Origin: an uncultured Candidatus Saccharibacteria bacterium
GTDB lineage: Bacteria; Patescibacteriota; Minisyncoccia; Portnoybacterales; UBA2143
Assembly (NCBI GenBank): GCA_964594155.1
Contig: CAZQLH010000001.1
Span: 1,448 to 65,447 of the forward strand
Direction of reading: 5' to 3'
DNA length: 64,000 bases
This document shows, one piece after another, positions 19,525-28,415 of the stretch. The first letter of the stretch is position 1; the number at the start of each line of letters is the position of its first letter. Made by a program: the position numbers and the translations under genes. The notes below the pieces were generated by a model. The model saw nothing but the letters and a program-made list of their open reading frames with translations, was not told where the DNA came from and made no database searches.

Positions 19525-19970
19525 TTTACTTAGGCGCTGATCATGCTGGATTTCATTTAAAGGAAGAAATCAAGAAATATCTTGAAGAATTAGGATATAA
19601 ATATGAGGATTTAGGCAACCAAGAAATGGATCCTCAAGACGACTATCCTGATTTTGCTTTGAAAGTGGCAAATAAAGCGGTTGAAACAAAAGAAAAAGGA
19701 ATTTTAGTTTGTTCAACTGGATTAGGAATGTGTTTAGCGGCTAATAAGGTGAAAGGAGCTCGAGGGGTTGTTGTTTGGGATGAGTTTACAGCTATTCAGT
19801 CAAGAGAGCATAATAATGCTAATATTCTTTGTTTGGCTGGCAAGGTATTGGATTTAGAAACAGCTAAGAAAATTGTTCGCGTTTGGATGGAAACAGAGTT
19901 TAGCGAAGAAGAAAGGCACGTGCGAAGGTTAGAGAAGATTAAAGCTATAGAGATCAAGGAACGTCCTTAA
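19521..19970 (+). CDS. rpiB: Ribose-5-phosphate isomerase B
   Basis: GADHAG, DDYPD, CSTGLG, REHNNAN, RH.RR. Confidence 0.92.
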   Translation: MIYLGADHAGFHLKEEIKKYLEELGYKYEDLGNQEMDPQDDYPDFALKVANKAVETKEKGILVCSTGLGMCLAANKVKGARGVVVWDEFTAIQSREHNNANILCLAGKVLDLETAKKIVRVWMETEFSEEERHVRRLEKIKAIEIKERP

Positions 19971-19981
19971 GGACGTTCCTT
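19956..19981. repeat. Perfect 26-bp palindrome of two AAGG-N5-CCTT units
   Basis: AAGGAACGTCCTT-AAGGACGTTCCTT spanning the rpiB stop codon. Confidence 0.8.
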
Positions 19982-20623
19982 ATGATAAATATGATCCAAA
20001 TTATCCCAGCTATTATTTCTCAAGATTTTGAGGAATTGCAGAAGAAAATTAAAAAGGTAGAATCCTATGTTGATTTGGTTCAATTAGATGTAATGGATGG
20101 AAAGTTTGTTGATAACCTAACTTGGAACCAGCCAACTGATTTAAGGAATTTAAAGACCAGTTTAAAATTAGAAGTCCATTTAATGGTTCAAAATCCAGAG
20201 AATATTATTGATGATTGGATTAAATCAGGCATTCAAAGAATTATTTTCCATTATGAATCAACTAAAAATCCAGAAGGGATTATTAAAAGAATAAAGCAAG
20301 CTGGTTTGCAGGTTGGCTTGGCAATTAATCCAGAAACTTCAGTAAAGTCAATAGATGCTTTTATTAATCAACTTGATTTAGTTTTAATTATGACAGTTCA
20401 TCCAGGAAAAGGAGGTCAAGAGTTTTTAGAGGAAACCTTGTGGAAAATTAAGGAATTGCGAGAGGAATATAAAGATGTTAATATAGGGGTAGATGGAGGA
20501 ATAAATTTAGAAACTGCGCCAAAAGTTATTCAAGTTGGCGCCAATATCTTATTCATTGGTTCAGCTATATTCAAAAGCGAAAATATTGAAGAAGCAATTA
20601 AAAAGTTAAAAAATGGATATTAA
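19982..20623 (+). CDS. rpe: Ribulose-phosphate 3-epimerase
   Basis: DVMDGKFV, HLMV, MTVHPG.GGQ, VDGGIN. Confidence 0.93.
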   Translation: MINMIQIIPAIISQDFEELQKKIKKVESYVDLVQLDVMDGKFVDNLTWNQPTDLRNLKTSLKLEVHLMVQNPENIIDDWIKSGIQRIIFHYESTKNPEGIIKRIKQAGLQVGLAINPETSVKSIDAFINQLDLVLIMTVHPGKGGQEFLEETLWKIKELREEYKDVNIGVDGGINLETAPKVIQVGANILFIGSAIFKSENIEEAIKKLKNGY

Positions 20624-21461
20624 AGAATTAGAAAAAAAAGCTAATACAATCAGAAAAGACATTATTGAAATGTTAATGGAAGCTAAGTCCGGCCACTCAG
20701 CCGGTCCTTTAGGTATGGCTGATGTTTTTACTGCTTTGTATTTTGGCAATGTTGTTAAATATGACTATAAGAAACCTGATTGGGAAGGAAGAGATTATGT
20801 AATTCTTTCTAATGCCCATATTTGTCCGGTTTTGTATGCAACAATGGCTCATGCTGAATATTTCCCAGTTGATGAATTGAAAACTTTGCGCAAATTAGGC
20901 AGTCGCTTACAAGGCCATCCACACCGTTTAGAATTGCCAGGAATTGAAACATCAGGCGGTTCTTTAGGACAGGGTTTGTCAATTGCTTGCGGCATGGCTT
21001 ATTCTTTTCATAAATTAGACAAAAAAGATAATTGGGTTTGGGCTTTGACCAGCGATGGCGAACATGATGAAGGCCAGATGTGGGAGGCAGCTATGTTTGC
21101 CGGCAAAAACAAGCTTTTTAATCTTACTCAGATTATGGATAGGAATAATATCCAAATTGACGGCTATACAGAAGATGTTATGCCCTTAGAGCCGTTAAAA
21201 GAAAAATATGAAGCGTTTAACTGGCATGTTTTGGAAGTAGATGGGCATAATATTGAAGAAATTATTAATGCTTGCCATAAATCTAAGAAAATTTTTGAAA
21301 AGCCAGTTTTAATTATTGCTCATACTATTCCAGGCAAGGGCGTTGATTTTATGGAATGGAAATATTCTTGGCATGGAAAGGCGCCTTGTAAAGAAGAAGC
21401 TGATAAAGCTCTTAATTGCTTAAGAACATTAGATGGAAAGATTAAAGGCGAGCATGAGTAA
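20613..21461 (+). CDS. tkt: Transketolase N-terminal subunit
   Basis: SGH, LQGHP, GSLGQGLS, DGE..EG, WHG. Confidence 0.9.
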   Translation: MDIKELEKKANTIRKDIIEMLMEAKSGHSAGPLGMADVFTALYFGNVVKYDYKKPDWEGRDYVILSNAHICPVLYATMAHAEYFPVDELKTLRKLGSRLQGHPHRLELPGIETSGGSLGQGLSIACGMAYSFHKLDKKDNWVWALTSDGEHDEGQMWEAAMFAGKNKLFNLTQIMDRNNIQIDGYTEDVMPLEPLKEKYEAFNWHVLEVDGHNIEEIINACHKSKKIFEKPVLIIAHTIPGKGVDFMEWKYSWHGKAPCKEEADKALNCLRTLDGKIKGEHE

Positions 21462-21473
21462 TAAAACGAAAAT

Positions 21474-22448
21474 ATGAATTTAGTTAATAATTTATACAAA
21501 AAAGAAAAATTAGAACAAAAGCCCACTCGTGATGGATATGGCCAGGGCTTGGTTGAATTAGGCAGGAAAAACCCCAATATTGTTGCTTTGGGCGCTGATT
21601 TAACTGGTTCTACTCGCTGTAATTGGTTTAAAGATGAGTTTCCAGACAGGTTTATTCAAGTGGGCATTGCTGAACAAAATATGGTTGGCATTGCCGTTGG
21701 CTTGGCTTTGATTGGCAAAGTTCCTTTTGCTTCTACTTATTCTGTTTTTTGTCCTGGACGCAATTGGGATCAAATTCGCATTAGCATTGCCTATAATAAA
21801 GCTAATGTTAAACTTACTGGGGCTCATGCTGGAATTTCAGTGGGGCCAGACGGCGCTACTCATCAGGGCTTGGAAGATATTGCCATTACTCGATGTTTGC
21901 CTAATATGACTGTTTTAGCGCCTTGCGATATGATTGAAACAGAAAAGGCAACCATGGCGGCTGGCGCAATGATTGGGCCGGTTTATTTAAGATTTGCCCG
22001 TGAGTCAACTCCTGTTTTTACTACTGAAAGAACGTCTTTTAGAATTGGCCAAGCTGAGGTTTTTCGCAAAGGCAAAGACGCGTCTATAATTGCCTGCGGC
22101 CCCATTGTTTATGAGGCCTTATTAGCAGCTGAAGAATTATCTAAACAAGGAATTGATGTTCGGGTGATTAATAATCATACTATTAAGCCAATTGATGAAG
22201 AGGAAATTATTAAAGCAGCTGAGCAGACAGGAGCGATTGTTACTGGCGAAGACCATCAGGTAATGGGCGGCTTAGGCTCTGCTGTGGCAGAGGTTTTAGC
22301 TAAGAACCATCCTGTGCCTATAGAAATGATTGGAGTCCAGAATCGTTTTGGGGAATCCGGCCAGCCAGAGGAATTAATGAAAGAATTTGACTTAAAAGCG
22401 AAAAATATTAAAGAAGCAGTTAAGAAAGTTATTAAGAGGAAAATATAA
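21474..22448 (+). CDS. tkt: Transketolase C-terminal subunit
   Basis: GIAEQNM, GPDGATHQ, GPVYLR, GGLGSAVAE. Confidence 0.9.
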   Translation: MNLVNNLYKKEKLEQKPTRDGYGQGLVELGRKNPNIVALGADLTGSTRCNWFKDEFPDRFIQVGIAEQNMVGIAVGLALIGKVPFASTYSVFCPGRNWDQIRISIAYNKANVKLTGAHAGISVGPDGATHQGLEDIAITRCLPNMTVLAPCDMIETEKATMAAGAMIGPVYLRFARESTPVFTTERTSFRIGQAEVFRKGKDASIIACGPIVYEALLAAEELSKQGIDVRVINNHTIKPIDEEEIIKAAEQTGAIVTGEDHQVMGGLGSAVAEVLAKNHPVPIEMIGVQNRFGESGQPEELMKEFDLKAKNIKEAVKKVIKRKI

Positions 22449-22464
22449 TAGTTTGTAAAACTTT

Positions 22465-22596
22465 GTATTCTGAATAATCAGAAAACAAAATTTTTTAAAT
22501 CGCTTATTCCTGCCCTCGCTTTGCTCGGGCGCGCGCCCACACCTGCGACTTAAAAAATTTGTTTTCTTTATATAAAAATTAGAAATTTCAGAATAC
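22465..22596 (+). repeat. Structured intergenic element, copy 5 (expanded)
   Basis: GTATTCTGAA...AGAAATTTCAGAATAC outer stem; inner long stem; nested CCCTCGCTTTGCTCGGG. Confidence 0.6.
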
Positions 22597-22618
22597 TCGT
22601 TTTAAAATTTTATATAAT

Positions 22619-23605
22619 ATGTACGATGTTATAGTTCTTGGCTCAGCTACTCAGGATGTATTTATGAGCAGTCCTGATTTTAAAGTAGTTGAAGATGAGA
22701 AATTAATTACAAAAAAAGGATTATGCGTTCCTTTGGGTTCTAAATTAGGAATGGAAAACGTTACTTTTGCTATGGGCGGCTGCGGCACAAACGCAGCTGT
22801 TACTTTTGCAAATCAAGGCTTAAAAACCGCTTATTTAGGATTAGTTGGCAAGGATTGCGCTGGGGATATGGTTAAAAGCGAATTAAAGAAAAACAATGTT
22901 TCAACTGATTTAATAATTGATTCAGATAAAGACCAAACAGCTTTTTCAGTTATTCTTTCTGTTCCAAATACTGGGCGAAGCATTTTAAAAAAATTAGGAG
23001 CTTGCCATAATATGACTGATTCTGATTTTAATTATGATAAAATTAAAGCAAAATGGATTTACGCTGGTTCATTGTCAGGCAAAGCATATAAAGTTCTTGA
23101 TAAATTATTTGATTTTGCAGTTGAAAACAAAATTAAAATAGCAGTTAGCCCTGTTGGCCAAAGCCAATTAGGCGAGGGATTGGAAAGAACTAAGGCGTTG
23201 CTTCATAAAGTTGATATTTTAATTGTGAATCAGGAAGAAGCAGCTCTTTTAACAGGGGTTGATTATAGCGATGAAGAAGAGATTTTTAATAAATTAGAAA
23301 AGTTAGCTCCAAGAATTAAAGTTATGACCAAAGGGCCAAAAGGCGTAAGAGTGACTGACCGGGAATATAGATATTCAGCTGGCATTCCAGAATCTGGATT
23401 AGTTGACAGAACTGGAGCTGGCGATGCTTTTGCCTCGGCATTTTTATCTGGATATATTGAAAAACAAGATATTTCTTACGCTATTCAGCTTGCTACGGCA
23501 AATTCAACATCAGTATTGCAGAAAATGGGAGCTATAAACGGTCTTTTGAAAAAAGGCGAATGGGGTAAATGGGAAAAAGTAGAAGTTTTAAAGGAAAAGG
23601 CATGA
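22619..23605 (+). CDS. PfkB-family carbohydrate kinase
   Basis: GGCGTNAA, NQEEA, DRTGAGDAF. Confidence 0.9.
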   Translation: MYDVIVLGSATQDVFMSSPDFKVVEDEKLITKKGLCVPLGSKLGMENVTFAMGGCGTNAAVTFANQGLKTAYLGLVGKDCAGDMVKSELKKNNVSTDLIIDSDKDQTAFSVILSVPNTGRSILKKLGACHNMTDSDFNYDKIKAKWIYAGSLSGKAYKVLDKLFDFAVENKIKIAVSPVGQSQLGEGLERTKALLHKVDILIVNQEEAALLTGVDYSDEEEIFNKLEKLAPRIKVMTKGPKGVRVTDREYRYSAGIPESGLVDRTGAGDAFASAFLSGYIEKQDISYAIQLATANSTSVLQKMGAINGLLKKGEWGKWEKVEVLKEKA

Positions 23606-24855
23606 GGCCAGAAATTAGCAAGATTGCTAAATTATTAAGAACATCAGAAAAAGTAGTTTTGGATTTGGAAAAGAAAATGGAAAAGATAAGCGGAAAGAAA
23701 GGAGTTATTCAAAAGATTGTTCAAGAAAATGATGAGAAAGTGAAGGAAAAATTAAAAGAAATGAACTTAAAGCCAGATCCAGCAGCTGAAGAAGTTTTTA
23801 AAGCTTTGATTAATAAGGTAAAAGAAACAGATAAAGTTCTTTTAAGTAAATTCTATAAACCGGATTTTTCAGCTGAATCCGGCTGTAGAAGTTTAATTAA
23901 TTCAGTTAAAGAGTTAGTTGGCGATTTAGCAGGTTTTTATCTTAAAGAAGAGAAAGCTAAAGAATTATTTAAATTAAACCCGCCTAAGCAGATTATGAAT
24001 AGTTTGGGTTATGGCAATGATGTTGAAAAAATGCTGGAAAAAGAAGATATTTTTGAATTATTTGCCGCTTTAAGATTTGTTGAAGACAGTCGCTGGATGA
24101 ACGAAGTTTTTTTTAAATCTTATAAGAATTTAACAAAAGACGATTTTGAGAAAAGAAACCTTAAAGTTCTTGTTTTGCCTGAAAAGTGGTCAGGTATTGG
24201 CAAAAAATTCCTTGGCAAAAAGCTTCATCATATGAGTCATTTAAAAGAATTAGGTTTGGTTTTTATTATCCCAATAACTGAACAATTTCCTGGAGAAATT
24301 GTTTATCTTTTTTTCATGACTCTACATTATATTCACGAAACTGATTGGTATTCTAATCTTTTTGAGAAATATAGCCAAAAGCATGATTTTGCTAAAAGAA
24401 TGATAGAAGTTTTAAGAGTAGAAGCCAGCAGTATGCCATTGCCTGATGGTATAAAAGCTAGCTGGCGAATTATTCCTTCATATTTAGCTAAAAAAGACAA
24501 AAAAGATCTTAGATTAGCTGAGCCGCATATTAATCCTGAAGCTTTGTTTTTTACTAAAACAGCTCAAGTTATTCAAAAATTTGCTCAAAGATTTCCAGAA
24601 ACTGGATTAGATTTTTGGGAAAGTTTAGATGTAGTTGGAGATTATTTTTCATCTAATGATTCAGAAACTTTGATTAGTTTTGATTTATTTGATAATGGAA
24701 TTGCCCTACAGCAGAAGCGAGTTGATTTTGAATTAAAATATTTATATCATCAACAAGAGGCGCTTTGGAACAAGGTTTTTATGGAATATATGGGAGAAGA
24801 GATGATGGATAAATTAATGATGGATAATTTAGATAAGGGAATGGTAGTGTTATAA
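23602..24855 (+). CDS. Conserved hypothetical protein
   Basis: Long ORF translationally coupled to pfkB (ATGA overlap); motifs LRFVE, HLKELG, HYIHE, YHQQEALWN. Confidence 0.7.
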   Translation: MRPEISKIAKLLRTSEKVVLDLEKKMEKISGKKGVIQKIVQENDEKVKEKLKEMNLKPDPAAEEVFKALINKVKETDKVLLSKFYKPDFSAESGCRSLINSVKELVGDLAGFYLKEEKAKELFKLNPPKQIMNSLGYGNDVEKMLEKEDIFELFAALRFVEDSRWMNEVFFKSYKNLTKDDFEKRNLKVLVLPEKWSGIGKKFLGKKLHHMSHLKELGLVFIIPITEQFPGEIVYLFFMTLHYIHETDWYSNLFEKYSQKHDFAKRMIEVLRVEASSMPLPDGIKASWRIIPSYLAKKDKKDLRLAEPHINPEALFFTKTAQVIQKFAQRFPETGLDFWESLDVVGDYFSSNDSETLISFDLFDNGIALQQKRVDFELKYLYHQQEALWNKVFMEYMGEEMMDKLMMDNLDKGMVVL

Positions 24856-24859
24856 AAAC

Positions 24860-25711
24860 ATGTTAGAAATTTTTCAAAAAGCAAAAGAGAATAAATATGC
24901 CATAGGCGCTTTTAATGCGTCTAATTTAGAGCAATTAAAAGCCGTAATTCAGGCTGCTCAGAATTTAAAAAGCCCGGTTATTATATCCACTTCCCAGGGT
25001 GAAAGCAGATTTATTGGCAAAAAACAGATTAGGGCGTTAATTGATGTTTACAAAAAAGAAACTAATTTGCCAATATTTCTTCATTTAGACCATGGCAAGT
25101 CATTTGAAGTTGTTCAAGAAGCAATTGAAGCTGGCTATGATTCAGTTCATTTTGACGGTTCAGAATTAAGTTTTGAAGAAAATGTGGAAATAACTAAAAA
25201 AGCGGTTGATTTAGCCAGAGAAAAAGGAATTAAAAATATTGAAGGGGAATTAGGTTATTTAAGGGGAGGTTCAAATATTCATGAAGCAATAGAAATTAAA
25301 CCAGAAGATTTAACTGATCCTAAACAAGCTTTAGAGTTTGTTGAAAAAACAGGTGTTAATAGTTTAGCTATTGCTATTGGCAATATTCACGGCGTTTTTA
25401 AATCGCTTCAAAATCCTTCTTTATTCTTAGATAGATTAGAAGAGATAAATAAAACAATAGGCAGCAAAGCAGGTTTGACGCTTCATGGCGGTTCAGGCAC
25501 TTCAGAACAAGACATTAAAAAAGCGATTGAATTAGGCATTGTTAAAGTTAATGTTAATACAGAATTAAGAATAGCTTATACAGAAGCTCTTAGAAAATCT
25601 CTTCAGGATAACCCAGATCAAACCACGCCTTATAAAATAATGCCATCAGTGGTTGAAGCGGTTCAAAAAGTAGTTGAGGAAAAAATTAAATTGCTTGGGA
25701 GTAATACATGA
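24860..25711 (+). CDS. fba: Class II fructose-bisphosphate aldolase
   Basis: HLDHG, EGELG, GNIHG, LHGGSG, KVNVNTE. Confidence 0.92.
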   Translation: MLEIFQKAKENKYAIGAFNASNLEQLKAVIQAAQNLKSPVIISTSQGESRFIGKKQIRALIDVYKKETNLPIFLHLDHGKSFEVVQEAIEAGYDSVHFDGSELSFEENVEITKKAVDLAREKGIKNIEGELGYLRGGSNIHEAIEIKPEDLTDPKQALEFVEKTGVNSLAIAIGNIHGVFKSLQNPSLFLDRLEEINKTIGSKAGLTLHGGSGTSEQDIKKAIELGIVKVNVNTELRIAYTEALRKSLQDNPDQTTPYKIMPSVVEAVQKVVEEKIKLLGSNT

Positions 25712-25905
25712 AAATAATTATTGATCAGGAAAAATGCATTAGTTGTGGTTCTTGCGTAGCTGTTTGTTCTAATGTTTTTCATATAAATGAAGAAAATAAG
25801 GCAGTTATTAAAGACACTGGGGATAATCAGGGAGAAGCTGATGAAGAATGCATTAAAGAGGCAATTGATATTTGCCCGGTTCAAGCGATTGAAAAACTTT
25901 CTTGA
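25708..25905 (+). CDS. Ferredoxin (single cluster)
   Basis: CISCGSC...CPVQAI. Confidence 0.9.
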   Translation: MKIIIDQEKCISCGSCVAVCSNVFHINEENKAVIKDTGDNQGEADEECIKEAIDICPVQAIEKLS

Positions 25906-25939
25906 CCAAGAAGGTTTTTTTAGTTAATATAGGTGTATC

Positions 25940-26635
25940 ATGTTAGAATTATTAGTTAAATTGCGCAAGGAGATTGGCGCTAAGAATAAACAAGTCCGGG
26001 AACAAGGTTTTATTCCGGCTGTTTTATATGGCCAAAAGATTAAGAATTTAAATCTTTCAGTAAAGTATCAGGATTTTGAAAGGATATATAAAGAGGCTGG
26101 TGAAAGCACTTTGATTAAGTTGAAAATAGCAAAAGATAAAGAGAAAGAAAGAACTGTTTTAATTCATGATATTGCTAAAGATCCAGTTAGCGGAAAATTT
26201 ATTCATATTGATTTTAATCAGGTTAGGATGGACCAAACAACCACTGTGGAAGTTCCCTTGGTTTTTATTGGAAAATCAGAGGCAATTGAAAGAGATGGCG
26301 GCGTGCTGATTAAAAGCATTCAAGCGGTTGAAGCAGAGGCCTTGCCTCAGAATCTTCCTAATGAAATTGAAGTAGATATTTCTGTCTTGAAAACCTTTGA
26401 TGATAATATTTATATTAAAAATCTAAAAGTTTCAGATAAAGTTAAATTAACAGCTGATTCAGAGGATCTAATTGCTTCGGTTATACCCCCAAGAACCAAA
26501 GAAGAATTAGAAGAATTAGAAGAAGCGCCAGAAGAAAAAATAGATGAAGTTGAAGTTGAAGAAAAAGGCAAGGAAAAAGAAGAAGAAAAAGCTGAAACAG
26601 ATAAAAAAGAAGAGCAAAAAGAAAAGGAGGAATGA
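25940..26635 (+). CDS. rplY: 50S ribosomal protein L25/Ctc
   Basis: IPAVLYG, HIDF, acidic tail. Confidence 0.93.
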   Translation: MLELLVKLRKEIGAKNKQVREQGFIPAVLYGQKIKNLNLSVKYQDFERIYKEAGESTLIKLKIAKDKEKERTVLIHDIAKDPVSGKFIHIDFNQVRMDQTTTVEVPLVFIGKSEAIERDGGVLIKSIQAVEAEALPQNLPNEIEVDISVLKTFDDNIYIKNLKVSDKVKLTADSEDLIASVIPPRTKEELEELEEAPEEKIDEVEVEEKGKEKEEEKAETDKKEEQKEKEE

Positions 26636-27948
26636 GTAAAGCATTTAAAACAAATTTTAGTTTTTACGGGATAGTTATTTTTCTGTTTTTTTTAATTATC
26701 CCGTTTTTTATTTGGGCAGCTGGCATTGATGACCTGCGGCAGGATTTAGAAAATCAAATTAAACAAAAACAGCAAGAAATTAATCAACACCAGCAAAACA
26801 TTAAAGAAACGCAGCAAAAAAGCAAAACACTTAATAATGAAATCCAGATTTTAGAAAGCCAAATTAATAAAATTAGATTAGAAGTAAGGCAAATTGATTT
26901 AACTATTCAAAAAAGCAGTTTAAATATTCAGGAAATAGACGATCAAATAAAAGAGTTAGAAGAAAGAGTTGATGAAAAAAAAGATCTTTTAGCTGAATAT
27001 ATCCGAGCAGTGGCCTATTATGACCAAGAAACCATTTTAGAGATTATTTTAAAAAATGATAAGTTTTCTGATTTTTTTAGTCAAATTAGCGCTTTAGAAA
27101 GCGTTCAGGAAGAAATTCAAAGTATTTTAGAGGTTATTCATGGATTGAAAGATAAATTAACAGAAGAAAAAAATGAATTAGAAGATGAACAAGAAGAGCA
27201 GAATAGATTAAGGTCTCTTCAATTAGTTCAGCAAAGATCTGTTGAAAATGTTCAATGGCAAAAAGAGGATTTATTAGATAGAACCAAAGGAAAAGAACAA
27301 AGTTATCAGCAAATGATTCAGGGAGCTGAAAAAGATATTGCCTATATCAAAGAACAGCTTTCTTTATTAGAGAAATATAATTTGACCTTGGAAGAAGCTG
27401 TACAGCATGCTATTTTTGCCGCTTCTAAAACCGGTATTAGACCAGCTTATTTATTAGGGGTTTTAGAAGCTGAATCTAGATTAGGCCTTAATGTTGGCAC
27501 AGGAAATTGGAAAAAAGATATGTACGACTGTTATAGGAGTTTGGGATATATTACAAGAGCAACAAAAGAAAAAAACGCTTTTATCCAAATTTGTCAGGAA
27601 TTAGGATTAAATCCAGACCTTCAGCCGGTTTCAGCTGAGCCATGGTATGGCTGCGGCGGAGCTATGGGCGTAGCTCAGTTTATGCCCACTACTTGGATGG
27701 CTTATAAAGACCAAGTATCTGCTTTAACTGGCAATAATCCGCCTAATCCCTGGACTCACCGCGATGCTTTTATGGCAGCTTCTATTAAATTGTCAAATGG
27801 AGGCGCTAACCAGAGAAGCGAGATAGGGGAACGAACCGCTTATGCTAAATATTTGGGCGGCAGTCGTTACAGCCGCTGGATTTATCATAAAGTAACTGAT
27901 TACGTGATTAGTTTGGCTAATAAATTCCAACAGCAGTATTTTGAATGA
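26632..27948 (+). CDS. Secreted coiled-coil (PcsB-like) protein with a lytic transglycosylase domain
   Basis: Signal/TM segment, long coiled coil, ES motif, GAMGVAQFMPTTW. Confidence 0.82.
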   Translation: MSKAFKTNFSFYGIVIFLFFLIIPFFIWAAGIDDLRQDLENQIKQKQQEINQHQQNIKETQQKSKTLNNEIQILESQINKIRLEVRQIDLTIQKSSLNIQEIDDQIKELEERVDEKKDLLAEYIRAVAYYDQETILEIILKNDKFSDFFSQISALESVQEEIQSILEVIHGLKDKLTEEKNELEDEQEEQNRLRSLQLVQQRSVENVQWQKEDLLDRTKGKEQSYQQMIQGAEKDIAYIKEQLSLLEKYNLTLEEAVQHAIFAASKTGIRPAYLLGVLEAESRLGLNVGTGNWKKDMYDCYRSLGYITRATKEKNAFIQICQELGLNPDLQPVSAEPWYGCGGAMGVAQFMPTTWMAYKDQVSALTGNNPPNPWTHRDAFMAASIKLSNGGANQRSEIGERTAYAKYLGGSRYSRWIYHKVTDYVISLANKFQQQYFE

Positions 27949-27955
27949 CTAGCTA

Positions 27956-27984
27956 TTGACAAGGATTTTGGTTTATGATATTAT
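27956..27984 (+). promoter_or_regulatory. Sigma70 promoter 1
   Basis: TTGACA-17 nt-TATTAT with extended TG. Confidence 0.75.
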
Positions 27985-27987
27985 AAC

Positions 27988-28106
27988 GGTAATGGCAGAT
28001 GGGTTTCTTCATCTTCCACCTCCTTTCTATATAGCGGTGCTGAATCGGGTCAGCGCCGCGACACAAAAAAACGAGCCGCGGATAAAAAAATCCCCGGCTC
28101 TTTTTA
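27988..28106 (+). ncRNA. Candidate sRNA A carrying anti-SD CACCTCCTTTCT
   Basis: Promoter, two hairpins, GC-rich terminator GAGCCG..CGGCTC plus T-run; no substantial sense ORF. Confidence 0.55.
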
Positions 28107-28115
28107 TTAAAACCC

Positions 28116-28144
28116 TTGACAAATTATAATGTGTATGATATAAT
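28116..28144 (+). promoter_or_regulatory. Sigma70 promoter 2 (consensus)
   Basis: TTGACA-17 nt-TATAAT with extended TG. Confidence 0.85.
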
Positions 28145-28150
28145 ACAGGC

Positions 28151-28268
28151 AGTTAATTAATAAGCGGGAGCGTGAGAATTCTGACCCTTTGGGGTTCCAA
28201 TGCCCTCCTATTGGAACGGGTTTTATGCCTAAAGGATTCTCACTCTTCTGCTTGTTAGTTGTATTAAC
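28151..28268 (+). ncRNA. Candidate rod-shaped sRNA B with CCTCCT in its apical loop (may extend to 28380)
   Basis: TAATAAGCGGGAG/CTTCTGCTTGTTA, GTGAGAATT/GATTCTCAC, CCTTTGGG/CCTAAAGG and GTTCCAAT/ATTGGAAC stems with G-U pairs. Confidence 0.6.
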
Positions 28269-28353
28269 AGCAGAGGCATTTCTTTCTATCTTTAATTGGG
28301 TCTAACTCAATTAGTAGTTTTAAGAAATGTTGATTATTAAAATTATAATATAC

Positions 28354-28380
28354 ATAAAAGCCCCTTTTGGGGCTTTTATG
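28354..28380. terminator. Bidirectional terminator
   Basis: CATAAAAGCCCC-TTTT-GGGGCTTTTATG. Confidence 0.75.
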
Positions 28381-28415
28381 TTTTTAATAATATAATTAAT
28401 AAATAAAGAACTATG

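Noticed and set aside
27953-28012. 19-aa minus-strand ORF MKKPICHYRYNIINQNPCQ as a type I toxin
   Set aside because: Not hydrophobic and no clear minus-strand promoter; kept only as an alternative explanation for sRNA A.
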